A DNA stretch of 64,000 nucleotides from NCBI GenBank assembly GCA_964478715.1, contig CAYZIY010000003.1:84661-148660 (forward strand), read 5' to 3'. This document shows positions 8,838-18,680 of this stretch, piece by piece; the stretch's first letter is position 1; every line of letters begins with the position of its first letter. This DNA is from an uncultured Planctomycetales bacterium (GTDB lineage: Bacteria > Omnitrophota > Gorgyraeia > Zapsychrales > JBDRMG01). The position numbers were made by a program, and so were the translations under genes. The notes under the pieces are model-generated. The model had not been told where the DNA came from, made no database searches, and saw nothing but the letters and a program-made list of their open reading frames with translations.

Positions 8838-10979
8838 ATGGAACAACTACAAAATAAGAGATTCTTTCTTTTCAGAGTTCTTTTTTTCTTCTTATTTGGA
8901 TGCTTTTATTTTTCTATCTATTCTAGTGTCTGGGCCCAGGAAGCGCCACAACAAGTTGAAGCTCGCGGTGATCAATTTGAATATATCGTTGAAGAAAATA
9001 AGATGATAGCTGAAGGCGATGTGGTTGTCTCAAAAGGGGATGTTGTCTTAACGTGTGACAAGATGACTCTCTATCGTGATACGAATAATGTCGAAGCCCA
9101 GGGCAATGTCGTTCTTCGTTATGGACGCAGCACGATTTATGGGGAGAAACTTTCTTTTAATTTCGATAAAATGGAAGGGGATTTTATCGGAGGACGAATC
9201 TTGGCGGATCCTTATTATGGACGCGGTGAAAAGATCGCCAAAGTCGGCGAAAATCATATCGAGATCGAGCGCGGATACATCACGACCTGTGATTTGGACA
9301 AACCCCATTTTCGGTTTGAGTCTAAAAAGGTAGATCTCTATCCCAAAGAAAAGGTTCAGGCCCGGCACGTTATGTTTAAGGTTGGCGAGCTGCCGATCTT
9401 CTATCTTCCTCAATATACAAAAGATCTTCGCGATGAGAAACAGAAGCTAATCTTTACTCCCGGATATGATAAGCAATGGGGCATCTATCTTTTGACGGCT
9501 TACCGATATTATCTTAATGATAACTTCAAAGGTACATTGCATTTGGATGCCCGTGAAAAGAAAGATTTAGCATGGGGGATTGATCTCGATTATCGCATGC
9601 AGGATTACGGCAAAGGTATTATCCGCACTTATTACATGAATGAGCGTAATATCACGTCAAACAGATGGTGGCAGGAGCGTCCGAGTCCGACGATAGAAAA
9701 AGAACGTTTTAAAGTTGAGTGGCGCCATCAATGGATTATCGACCAGAAGACCGAAGCCCTATGGCAATATTATAAATTAAGCGATAGTAGTTTGCTTAAA
9801 GATTATTTTGAACGTGAGCACGAACGAGATACCGATCCGACGACGTTCTTCCAGTTAACCAAAACATTGCCCTCAGGATTTTTGAGTTTTCGGACTGATG
9901 TACGGGTGAATCGTTTTGTTTCAAAAGTTGAAAAGTTGCCCGAAGTGCAATATAGCATGACCAATCAACAAATCGGCAATACGGGTCTTTATTTCAGAAA
10001 CACCAGCAGTTACTCTAATCTTGTAAAGAAATCAGCGGCCCCTTCTGAAATCCGTCAAAACACCATGAGAATCTATACGGATAATCAAATATCTTATCCG
10101 TTTAAACTGGGCTTTATCGAACTCAATCCCTATGTTGGCGGAACGCAGACATATTATTCGAAGACAAAAGAAAAAGATGAATACGATATTATCAGAGGAC
10201 AATTTAAAACTGGAGCCAGTCTTAGCACGAAATTTTATAAAATCATCGATCTTCAAACGGATCAATTGGGCCTGAATATTAATCGTTTGCGGCATGTGAT
10301 TACGCCTTCGATCAGTTATAGCTTTGCTTCGCGGCCGACGGTTCCTGATTCCAAAATAGATAATTTTGAATCGATAGATTCCCTTGAGCGAAGTCACACT
10401 GTTAATTTGTCACTGGAGAATAAGCTGCAGACCAAACGAGAAGGAGAAAGTGTTGATTTAATCAGGGCCATTGTGGATACGGACTTTCGTCTCAAAGAGC
10501 ATACCGGTGGAGGAGGGTTTGATCATGTGCGAGCCGATTTGGAATTCAGACCCATCGAATGGATCACGTTTTATTGGGATGCTGATTTTGATACCCGAAA
10601 GGATCGCCTGCAATCATCCAATTTTGAATTGTATTTTTCCGATCCTCGTGAAAGTGATCAGTGGTCACTGAATTTCAGAAAAAGATGGACCAGGGATGTA
10701 GATGATCAAATCGAATCGGAATTTAATTATATCATTAATCCGAAATGGAAATTGCGTAATTATTATCGGTTTGATATCGATGCCGGCTTGGTGAAGGAGC
10801 AGGAATATACCGTCACCCGAGATCTGCATTGTTGGGAAATGGACATCAGTTATAATGAAACCAGGGGACAGGGCAGCGAGATCTGGATGGTTTTTCGGAT
10901 GAAAGCCTTTCCGGAAATCGGTTTTGATTTCAGCAAAAGTTTTCGTAAAAGAAAAAGAGGAACCCAGAGCAATTATTGA
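8838..10979 (+). CDS. lptD: LPS-assembly protein LptD
   Basis: Signal peptide, N-terminal OstA-like beta-jellyroll with ITTCD, beta-barrel with DLHCW near the C-terminus. Confidence 0.85.
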   Translation: MEQLQNKRFFLFRVLFFFLFGCFYFSIYSSVWAQEAPQQVEARGDQFEYIVEENKMIAEGDVVVSKGDVVLTCDKMTLYRDTNNVEAQGNVVLRYGRSTIYGEKLSFNFDKMEGDFIGGRILADPYYGRGEKIAKVGENHIEIERGYITTCDLDKPHFRFESKKVDLYPKEKVQARHVMFKVGELPIFYLPQYTKDLRDEKQKLIFTPGYDKQWGIYLLTAYRYYLNDNFKGTLHLDAREKKDLAWGIDLDYRMQDYGKGIIRTYYMNERNITSNRWWQERPSPTIEKERFKVEWRHQWIIDQKTEALWQYYKLSDSSLLKDYFEREHERDTDPTTFFQLTKTLPSGFLSFRTDVRVNRFVSKVEKLPEVQYSMTNQQIGNTGLYFRNTSSYSNLVKKSAAPSEIRQNTMRIYTDNQISYPFKLGFIELNPYVGGTQTYYSKTKEKDEYDIIRGQFKTGASLSTKFYKIIDLQTDQLGLNINRLRHVITPSISYSFASRPTVPDSKIDNFESIDSLERSHTVNLSLENKLQTKREGESVDLIRAIVDTDFRLKEHTGGGGFDHVRADLEFRPIEWITFYWDADFDTRKDRLQSSNFELYFSDPRESDQWSLNFRKRWTRDVDDQIESEFNYIINPKWKLRNYYRFDIDAGLVKEQEYTVTRDLHCWEMDISYNETRGQGSEIWMVFRMKAFPEIGFDFSKSFRKRKRGTQSNY

Positions 10980-11006
10980 TGCGAGAATAATTCAAGGAGG
11001 ATACTT

Positions 11007-12311
11007 GTGGATATTGCCGTCATAGGAAGTGGATATGTGGGCTTGGTGACCGGCCTCTGTCTGGCGCATGTGGGTCATAGGGTGATGTGCGTCGATAACA
11101 ATAAAGAGAAGATCAGAAAGCTCAAAAAATGCAAATGTCCGATTTACGAACCAGGTCTCGAAGACATTTTAAGAAAATGCTTTAAGAAGAAGCGGATCAC
11201 CTTTACTATGTCAATCAAGGAAGCCACCAAAAAGTCGACTGTTATTTTTTTGGCCGTTCCTACACCCCCAAAAGAAAATGGGGAAGCAGATTTGACCTAC
11301 GTTGAAAACGTCTCCCGCGAGATTGCCCGCAGCATGAACGATTATAAGCTTGTAGTTGAGAAATCAACCGTTCCTGCCGAAACTGGAAAGAAAATCACTC
11401 GAACAATTCAATTGAATTTATCGAAAAACAATAAAATTGCTTTTGACGTGGCATCCAATCCAGAATTTTTAAAAGAGGGCTCTGCGGTCAATGATTTCTT
11501 AAACCCGGATCGGATTGTGATCGGTGCAGAGTCAAAGAAAGCCGAAGGTTTGCTCAAAGAAATTTATAAACCGCTTAAAGCAAAAATAGTTGTGACAGAT
11601 ATCAGTTCCTCTGAAATGATTAAGCACGCTTCGAACTCTTTTCTGGCGATGAAAATTTCTTTTATCAATGCCGTGGCCCAGATCTGTGATCGGGTAGGCG
11701 CCGATGTCATCAAAGTAGCCGAGGGTATGGGCTATGACCGGAGGATCGGCCGCGAATTCTTGAATGCCGGCATCGGCTATGGCGGTAGTTGTTTTCCGAA
11801 AGATGTCGATGCCTTTATTCGTTTAAGCGAAAAGAGCGGTTACGATTTTGCGCTTCTTAAGGAAGTCCGCAAGATCAACGAAAAACAAAAAGAACATTTT
11901 GTGAAGTTGATTGAAGATAAAATCTGGATTCTTAAAGGAAAAACCATTGGCGTTTATGGAGTAGCATTTAAGCCTAATACAGATGATACCCGAAGTTCGC
12001 CGGCAGTAGATATTATTCAAAGGCTTCAAAAGGAAGGCGCCAAAATTAAGGCCTATGATCCTCAGGCTATGGAGCAGGCCAAGAGAGAATGCAAAAAGGT
12101 GACCTTCTGCAAGAATCCTTATCAGGTTGCTACTAATTGCGATTGTCTTTTATTTCTCACCGAATGGGATGTATTGAAGAATTTGGATTTTAAAAAAATT
12201 CGTAAGGTCGTTCGACAGTCTGTTATATTTGACGGCCGCAATATGTTTGATTCAGATACCATAAAGAAAATGGGATTTGAGTATTACGGAATCGGAAGAG
12301 GACGGGCATGA
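11007..12311 (+). CDS. ugd: UDP-glucose 6-dehydrogenase
   Basis: GSGYVG, KSTVP, SNPEFLKEG, GYGGSCFPKD, FKPNTDD. Confidence 0.95.
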   Translation: MDIAVIGSGYVGLVTGLCLAHVGHRVMCVDNNKEKIRKLKKCKCPIYEPGLEDILRKCFKKKRITFTMSIKEATKKSTVIFLAVPTPPKENGEADLTYVENVSREIARSMNDYKLVVEKSTVPAETGKKITRTIQLNLSKNNKIAFDVASNPEFLKEGSAVNDFLNPDRIVIGAESKKAEGLLKEIYKPLKAKIVVTDISSSEMIKHASNSFLAMKISFINAVAQICDRVGADVIKVAEGMGYDRRIGREFLNAGIGYGGSCFPKDVDAFIRLSEKSGYDFALLKEVRKINEKQKEHFVKLIEDKIWILKGKTIGVYGVAFKPNTDDTRSSPAVDIIQRLQKEGAKIKAYDPQAMEQAKRECKKVTFCKNPYQVATNCDCLLFLTEWDVLKNLDFKKIRKVVRQSVIFDGRNMFDSDTIKKMGFEYYGIGRGRA

Positions 12312-12757
12312 TTGACGGTGTTGCTGTCAAAAATTTAAAAATTATTCCAGATGATCGGGGTCGATTAATGGAAATATTCCGTTGCGATGATTCTTTTTAT
12401 AGTCAATTTGGCCAGGTTTATTTCACAACTGCTTTTCCGGGGATTGTCAAAGCCTGGCATTATCACAAAAAGCAGGATGATAATTTTACGTGTGTGGCCG
12501 GTCGCATCAAGTTGGGGCTTTATGACGCCAGAGATGATTCCCCGACGAAAGGTAAAGTCAATACTTTTTACTTAAGCTTAAACGAGCCAAAGATTGTGCA
12601 CATCCCTAAGGGTGTTTACCACGGATTTAAGTGTGTGAGCGATCAAGAGGCCATGGTCATTAACACGGTGACCTTGCCTTATGATCATCAACAATCGGAT
12701 GAATTTCGGGTGGATGCGAGTGACTCCGGAATTCCTTTTAACTGGATAGAGGATTAA
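12308..12757 (+). CDS. rmlC: dTDP-4-dehydrorhamnose 3,5-epimerase (cupin)
   Basis: DDRG, KAWHYH, IPKGVYHGF; located in the rml cluster. Confidence 0.85.
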   Translation: MIDGVAVKNLKIIPDDRGRLMEIFRCDDSFYSQFGQVYFTTAFPGIVKAWHYHKKQDDNFTCVAGRIKLGLYDARDDSPTKGKVNTFYLSLNEPKIVHIPKGVYHGFKCVSDQEAMVINTVTLPYDHQQSDEFRVDASDSGIPFNWIED

Positions 12758-12760
12758 ATC

Positions 12761-13501
12761 ATGAAAGGTGTGATCTTAGCAGGAGGTCTTGGGAGACGTC
12801 TCGATCCTTTGACCAGAGTTACCAATAAGCATTTACTGCCTGTTTATAATCAGCCGATGATTTTTTATCCGGTCAAAACCCTTGTCGAAGCCGGTATTAA
12901 AGATATTCTTATTGTGACCGGTGGTAACAGTGCGGGAGATTTCCTTAAACTTTTAGGCAGTGGTGAGGAATTTGGTATTGAGGATCTACGTTATGCTTAT
13001 CAGAAAGGGGAAGGTGGTATTGCCGATGCCTTGAGGCTGACCGAAAATTTTGTCGGCAAAGAAAAAGTCATTGTTATCTTAGGAGATAATGTCATCAATG
13101 TATCGATCAAGCCGTTTATAAAGAAATTTGAGAAACAAAGCCGCGGGGGCCGTATTTTAATCAAAAAAATCGATCACCCCGGTCGCTTTGGTGTGGTTAA
13201 GATAAAAGAGAACAAGATCATTTCTATTTTGGAAAAACCCAAGAGACCCCCGAGCGATTATATTGTAACTGGAATTTATATGTACGACCATCAAGTTTTT
13301 AAATTCATTCGCAATTTGAAACCCTCGAAGCGCGGGGAGTTTGAGATTACGGATGTCAATAATATGTATATCGAAAAAGGAAGTCTGCGTTACGACATTC
13401 TAAAAGGAGAATGGACCGATTGCGGTACCTTTGAGTCATTGATGCGGGCTAATCTGATTGCCGCCCGGATCAGCAGAAAAGGATTAAGAAGAAAGAAATA
13501 A
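12761..13501 (+). CDS. rmlA: Glucose-1-phosphate thymidylyltransferase (short form)
   Basis: ILAGGLGRRL, NKHLLPVY, LGDN, EKP, RGEFEITD, WTDCGT. Confidence 0.9.
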   Translation: MKGVILAGGLGRRLDPLTRVTNKHLLPVYNQPMIFYPVKTLVEAGIKDILIVTGGNSAGDFLKLLGSGEEFGIEDLRYAYQKGEGGIADALRLTENFVGKEKVIVILGDNVINVSIKPFIKKFEKQSRGGRILIKKIDHPGRFGVVKIKENKIISILEKPKRPPSDYIVTGIYMYDHQVFKFIRNLKPSKRGEFEITDVNNMYIEKGSLRYDILKGEWTDCGTFESLMRANLIAARISRKGLRRKK

Positions 13502-13503
13502 TT

Positions 13504-14466
13504 ATGCGCATCTTGATAACTGGAGGCGCCGGTTTTATCGGATCTCATTTCGTTAAGTATATTCTTAAAAATCATTCTTCTTATCGTATTACTAATCTCG
13601 ATAAATTAACTTATGCTGGTAGTCTTGGTAATCTCAGAGATCTTCCCAATAAAAGAAATCACACTTTTGTCAAAGGGGATATTTCAAATGCGAAACTGGT
13701 GGAAAAATGCATGCGTCATTGCGATGCGGTGATTCATTTTGCGGCCGAAACCCATGTGGATCGCTCGATTATTGATGCCCAGCATTTCGTAAAGACAAAT
13801 GTATTTGGAACTTATGTTTTGCTAGAAGCTGCTTTAAAACATAAGATCAAAAGATTCCTTCATGTCAGTACCGATGAAGTCTACGGAAGCAGAAAGAAAG
13901 GTTATTTTAAGGAGGATAACCGTCTGATTCCCAGCAGCCCTTATTCGGCTTCGAAAGCGGCGTCCGATTTGTTGGCCTTAAGCTATTTTGTAACATACCG
14001 ACTGCCCGTGATGATCACCCGCAGCACAAACAATTACGGTCCGTTCCAATTTCCGGAGAAAATCATCCCGCTTTTTATTACGAATCTTCTTCAAAAGAAA
14101 AAGGTTCCGCTTTATGCGGAAGGGAAAAACGTTCGTGACTGGATTTATGTTGAAGATAATTGCCGGGCTATCGACTGTGTTTTTCGAAAAGGTAAGGCCG
14201 GTAAAATCTATAATATCGCGGCGGAAAATTACCTCACGAATTTTAATTTGACACAGAAAATTCTCAAGAAAATGAATCAAGATACCTCGATGATCAAGCA
14301 CGTAACAGACAGGCTCGGGCATGATTTTCGCTACGCGATCGACTGCCGCAAAGTTAAGGCGCTTGGTTTTCGTCCGAGGATGAATTTTCAACAAGGGTTG
14401 GATGTGACCATCGACTGGTATCGGAAAAATTTGAAATGGGTTTGCCAAAGATGCAAAAAGTTCTGA
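13504..14466 (+). CDS. rmlB: dTDP-glucose 4,6-dehydratase
   Basis: GGAGFIG, DKLTYAG, AAETHVDRS, STDEVYG, YSASK, GHDFRY. Confidence 0.96.
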   Translation: MRILITGGAGFIGSHFVKYILKNHSSYRITNLDKLTYAGSLGNLRDLPNKRNHTFVKGDISNAKLVEKCMRHCDAVIHFAAETHVDRSIIDAQHFVKTNVFGTYVLLEAALKHKIKRFLHVSTDEVYGSRKKGYFKEDNRLIPSSPYSASKAASDLLALSYFVTYRLPVMITRSTNNYGPFQFPEKIIPLFITNLLQKKKVPLYAEGKNVRDWIYVEDNCRAIDCVFRKGKAGKIYNIAAENYLTNFNLTQKILKKMNQDTSMIKHVTDRLGHDFRYAIDCRKVKALGFRPRMNFQQGLDVTIDWYRKNLKWVCQRCKKF

Positions 14467-15323
14467 TTTTGGGAGGTAACGGACTGTTGGGTCGGGAGGT
14501 AGCGGCGACCTTGCAAAATGATTTTGATTTATCTGTTCCTTCTCATCAGGAACTGGATATGACCGATAAAAATAAGGTCTTTGAGAGTATTCGGTCTTTG
14601 AAACCCCAATGTGTTGTTTGTGCAGCCGGTTACACCTATGTTGATGGCTGTGAGGAAAATCCCGAAAACGCTTTTCGGGCAAATGCACAAGGGATGGAAA
14701 TTCTCGCTTGTGCCTGTAAGGAAGAAGGGACTTTTCTCATTTCATTGAGCACAGATTATGTCTTTAACGGAGAAACGAATAGGCCCTATAGGGAGCATGA
14801 TCAGCCCGATCCACTGAGTGTTTATGGGGAGAGTAAATGGAAAGGCGAACAAGCCCTTGAGCGCGCAGGGGGTAAGTATTTGATTGTTCGCAGCAGCTGG
14901 CTATTCGGAAATTCACAGAAAGGATTTGTTCCGTTTATCCTTCATGCCATTGATCAACAGAAAGAATTGAAAATTATCGGTGATAAGATCGGATCTCCCA
15001 CGTATGTCGTTGATCTCGCAAAGGCAATCAAGGTTATTATTTTGATGATGCGTGAAAATAAGTGGGATTCCCAGAAATACAATATAGTGCATATCGCTAA
15101 CAGCGGATTCTGTTCCTGGCATGAGTTGGCTCAATTTATCTTAAGCACTGTTGGCCATAATGATCTTAGTCTCACAAAGGTTAACCTTTGTGATTTTCCT
15201 TTTAAAGCCCCGAGACCCAAGTATTCCGCTTTGGATAATTCCCTTTATCAGAATATAACGGGGCAGTCTCTCAGATCCTGGCGGGAAGCCTTAAAGGAGT
15301 TTCTTCAATGTCAGATCAATTAA
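14451..15323 (+). CDS. rmlD: dTDP-4-dehydrorhamnose reductase
   Basis: GGNGLLG, STDYVF, YGESK, GSPT, APRPKYS. Confidence 0.94.
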   Translation: MQKVLILGGNGLLGREVAATLQNDFDLSVPSHQELDMTDKNKVFESIRSLKPQCVVCAAGYTYVDGCEENPENAFRANAQGMEILACACKEEGTFLISLSTDYVFNGETNRPYREHDQPDPLSVYGESKWKGEQALERAGGKYLIVRSSWLFGNSQKGFVPFILHAIDQQKELKIIGDKIGSPTYVVDLAKAIKVIILMMRENKWDSQKYNIVHIANSGFCSWHELAQFILSTVGHNDLSLTKVNLCDFPFKAPRPKYSALDNSLYQNITGQSLRSWREALKEFLQCQIN

Positions 15324-16609
15324 AGAAGAGAATTAAAAGCAAGCGGGCTCGCATAGCCGTTATAGGATTGGGATACGTTGGGTTGCCTTTGCTTGTGAAT
15401 TTTGCAAAAAAAGATTTCCCGGTAATCGGATTAGAAACAGATCAAGACCGACTCGATAAGGTCAAGCGAAGCGTCAGTTATATTCTTGATGTGCCTTCAA
15501 GGACTCTGAAACTGCTCAATAAAAAGAAAAGAATTTTTGTAACCAATGAATTTGAACAGCTTCAATCCGTTGATGTGGTAATCATCTGTGTACCCACTCC
15601 CTTAAAGAGAAAATACACTCCGGATATCACCTATTTGCTGGAAGCGGTTCAGGCGGTTCGTCGAAATCTTCAGAAAGATCAGCTTGTCATTTGCGAGAGT
15701 ACGACCTATCCCGGAACAACCGGAGAATTGATTAAACCGGAGCTTGAAAAAAGCGGTCTGGTCGCAGAGAAAAATCTTTATCTTGCCTTTTCACCGGAGC
15801 GAATTGATCCGGGCAATAAAACATACGGTTTGACAAAAATCACCAAAATTGTCGGAGGGATTGGCCCGAAATCAGGAGAGCTGACCCGCTTGCTTTATGA
15901 GAAAATCATCAAGAAGGTTCATGTGGTTTCCTCCGCTCGAAGCGCGGAAATGGCCAAATTATTAGAAAATTCTTTTCGTATTATCAATATCGGTTGGATT
16001 AATGAAGTGGCGATGATGTGTCATCAAATGGGAATCGACGTTTGGGAAGTGATCGAAGCGGCTAAAACCAAGCCGTTTGGATATATGCCCTTTTATCCAG
16101 GTCTTGGAGTGGGCGGACATTGTATTCCTGACGATCCGCTCTATTTGTTCTGGAAGGCTCGGGCTCAAGGTTTTAACTCTCGGTTTATTAAACTGTCCGC
16201 TGATGTCAACAGCCATATGCCTGTTTATGTGGCTGGTCGGATCAAAGATATACTGATTGAAAGAAACAAGCCTATTCGAGAGGCCAGAATTCTGATTGTA
16301 GGAGTGACGTATAAAAAAAATGTCAAGGATTTACGGAAATCTCCGTCCATTAAATTGATGGAAATCCTGCAAGCTCTTTGTCATCGTGTGGATTATTATG
16401 ATTCTCATATTCCGTTTCTGAAATTTGCTAATCTTGACATGGTGAGCGTAGAACCTACGTTTAAAACATGGGGTCAGTATGATTGTGTTGTGATCGCGGT
16501 TGATCATTCTAAAACCAATTACGGAATGATTAAAAAGCATGCCAGGCTTATTTTTGATATTCGCAATGTTTACAAAAGAGTCAATCATCCTAAGATTATA
16601 AAACTTTAA
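15308..16609 (+). CDS. UDP-N-acetylhexosamine 6-dehydrogenase (WbpA/WecC-like)
   Basis: [31 protein letters not shown]. Confidence 0.92.
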   Translation: MSDQLKKRIKSKRARIAVIGLGYVGLPLLVNFAKKDFPVIGLETDQDRLDKVKRSVSYILDVPSRTLKLLNKKKRIFVTNEFEQLQSVDVVIICVPTPLKRKYTPDITYLLEAVQAVRRNLQKDQLVICESTTYPGTTGELIKPELEKSGLVAEKNLYLAFSPERIDPGNKTYGLTKITKIVGGIGPKSGELTRLLYEKIIKKVHVVSSARSAEMAKLLENSFRIINIGWINEVAMMCHQMGIDVWEVIEAAKTKPFGYMPFYPGLGVGGHCIPDDPLYLFWKARAQGFNSRFIKLSADVNSHMPVYVAGRIKDILIERNKPIREARILIVGVTYKKNVKDLRKSPSIKLMEILQALCHRVDYYDSHIPFLKFANLDMVSVEPTFKTWGQYDCVVIAVDHSKTNYGMIKKHARLIFDIRNVYKRVNHPKIIKL

Positions 16610-16620
16610 GGAGTATTCCT

Positions 16621-17565
16621 TTGAGTAAAAAATTTAAGACAGCTTTAATAACAGGTGGGGCTGGATTTTTGGGTAGTCATTTGTGTGATGCATTAATCGA
16701 GCGAGGTCATAAGATTATTTGCATGGATAATTTGATTACCGGCTCTCTCAAAAATATCAATCATTTGAGGAAAGATAAGCGTTTTCGTTTCGTTAAGCAC
16801 GATGTTTCAAAGTATATCAATATCAAAGAAACTCTCGACTACGTGATCCATTTTGCTTCTCCAGCATCGCCAGTTGACTATCTAAACTATCCCATTCAAA
16901 CCCTGAAAGTCGGATCACTAGGAACCCACAACACATTGGGTGTTGCCAAAGCCAAAAAGGCCAGGTATTTTCTAGCATCCACTTCCGAAGTCTATGGGGA
17001 TCCGCAGGTTCATCCTCAGAAAGAAACTTATTGGGGTCATGTCAATTGTGTGGGTCCGCGCGGGGTCTATGATGAGGCTAAGCGTTTTGCCGAAGCCATC
17101 ACCATGGCCTACCGCAAGATCCACAAAGTTGATACGCGGATTGTCCGCATTTTTAATACTTACGGGCCCCGCATGCGCATGCACGATGGACGTGTGGTGC
17201 CGAATTTTATTTATCAGATCCTTAATCATCAAGCCTTAACCGTTTACGGAAACGGCAAACAAACGAGATCATTTTGCTATGTGTCTGATCTGATTTCCGG
17301 GATAATCAAATTATTATTTTCCAAAGAATCAGGGCCGATGAATATCGGCAATCCGAAAGAATTTACCATTATTCAGTTTGCCCGCCTTATGCTAAAGCTG
17401 ACAAAATCGAAATCAAAGATTGTCTACAAATCTCTTCCGAAAGACGATCCCAAACAGCGCAGGCCCGATATTTCCTTAGCCAGAAAAAAATTGAAGTGGA
17501 GACCGGTTGTGTTGCTTGAGGATGGTCTGCGCAGAACGATAGATTATTTTGAGCACCAATCATAA
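16621..17565 (+). CDS. UDP-glucuronate decarboxylase (UDP-xylose synthase)-like SDR
   Basis: [39 protein letters not shown]. Confidence 0.92.
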   Translation: MSKKFKTALITGGAGFLGSHLCDALIERGHKIICMDNLITGSLKNINHLRKDKRFRFVKHDVSKYINIKETLDYVIHFASPASPVDYLNYPIQTLKVGSLGTHNTLGVAKAKKARYFLASTSEVYGDPQVHPQKETYWGHVNCVGPRGVYDEAKRFAEAITMAYRKIHKVDTRIVRIFNTYGPRMRMHDGRVVPNFIYQILNHQALTVYGNGKQTRSFCYVSDLISGIIKLLFSKESGPMNIGNPKEFTIIQFARLMLKLTKSKSKIVYKSLPKDDPKQRRPDISLARKKLKWRPVVLLEDGLRRTIDYFEHQS

Positions 17566-17588
17566 ACTTTAAATAAAGGGAGGGCCTG

Positions 17589-18234
17589 ATGACACAGCAG
17601 CAGAAAAAAGACTCTGGGCCTGGCTATTGCTTCATTGATTTGCGGAATTCTGTTTCTTTTTCCTATTTTGGGTTTCTTTTTCTCCCTGGCCGCCATTATT
17701 ATGGGCATCGTTGCGCTGGTAAAAATCAATAAGAATCAGGATGCACTTAAAGGGAAAGGTCTGGCTATTAGCGGGATCGTGTTGGGCTCAATCGGCATTC
17801 TTGTGATTCCCATTATAGCCATGTTAGCTGCCATTGCCGTTCCCAATTTTCTCAGAGCCCGTATGGCCGCCAATGAAGCAATGGCTCAATCAAGTATTCA
17901 AGCTATAGCGCAGGCTTCGCAAACATATCGGGAGGTTAATCAAGCCTTTCCGCAGACATCCATCGAGTTGACAGGAGCCAATCCTCCCTTTTTGGCTGAA
18001 AGTGTTTTGCAAAACACCGAAGATCATGGTTACTTCATTAATATCATTAATACGTATGATGATCAGAGATTTTTTGCCAAAGCCAATCCTGTGCAGTCCG
18101 GCGCTTCAGGAACAAGAAGTTTTTGTGTTGTCGGAGATGGTGTGGTTAGAGTTGATATGGAAGGCAATGATATCTATACACACGACAGTTGCCAAAAACT
18201 GCCGGCGGTGCAAAGCAATCCAACAGCTTATTAA
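17589..18234 (+). pseudogene. DUF4190 plus type IV pilin-like domain protein, apparently frameshifted in an A6 run near the 5' end (or a sequencing indel)
   Basis: SD-preceded ATG at 17589 is out of frame with the DUF4190 motif KTLGLAIASLICGI and the downstream LAAIAVPNFLRAR..ANE pilin-like helix; removing one A from 17604-17609 restores a continuous ORF. Confidence 0.7.
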
Positions 18235-18250
18235 AACAGAAGGATAAAAG

Positions 18251-18496
18251 TTGAATAATAAGAGAGGGTTTGTAGCGTTTATCGGACTGATTTTAGCGGT
18301 CGGTATTGTCCTTATTTTGGGATATTATGTCACGCAGAACTATTTGTCTGACTCATCCTCATCTGAAGACCAAAACTTCAAGGCTCAGGGCCTGAATCCC
18401 TCAAGGGCTTCTTCAATGTTGGAAACGTCAAAAGAAAAAATACACAATTACGAGAAGCAAATGCATAAGCGTACCGAAGGGTTATTGGAAAAATGA
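18251..18496 (+). CDS. Small prepilin-like membrane protein
   Basis: MNNKRG|FVAFIGLILAVGIV class III signal-like N-terminus; TTG start with AAGGA SD. Confidence 0.7.
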   Translation: MNNKRGFVAFIGLILAVGIVLILGYYVTQNYLSDSSSSEDQNFKAQGLNPSRASSMLETSKEKIHNYEKQMHKRTEGLLEK

Positions 18497-18520
18497 TACA
18501 GCAGATAACCGGATAATGCT

Positions 18521-18679
18521 TTGTTGAAAAAAACAAAATTTGTAATCTCTAGTATTGTTTTATTAATCATTTGTCTGACACAGAACGGTTGTGCGCTTTT
18601 GAATCTTCCATTTCGTGTTCTAGATCTGGTTTTTGATGTGATCAAAAGAATGCCTATGCCGCCGCCGGGCGTTTTCTAA
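18521..18679 (+). CDS. Small predicted lipoprotein (52 aa), absent from the ORF track
   Basis: Translated by hand: MLKKTKFVISSIVLLIICLTQNGCALLNLPFRVLDLVFDVIKRMPMPPPGVF*; fills the gap and stops 1 nt before the next ATG. Confidence 0.7.
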   Translation: MLKKTKFVISSIVLLIICLTQNGCALLNLPFRVLDLVFDVIKRMPMPPPGVF

Positions 18680-18680
18680 G

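Noticed and set aside
13978-14688. 236-aa reverse-strand ORF
   Set aside because: Antisense shadow of rmlB/rmlD with no recognisable motifs.
17604-17610. AAAAAAG as a dnaX/IS-type programmed -1 ribosomal frameshift site
   Set aside because: The shift needed to join the ATG to the body is +1, and the heptamer is not phased as A AAA AAG in the ATG frame.
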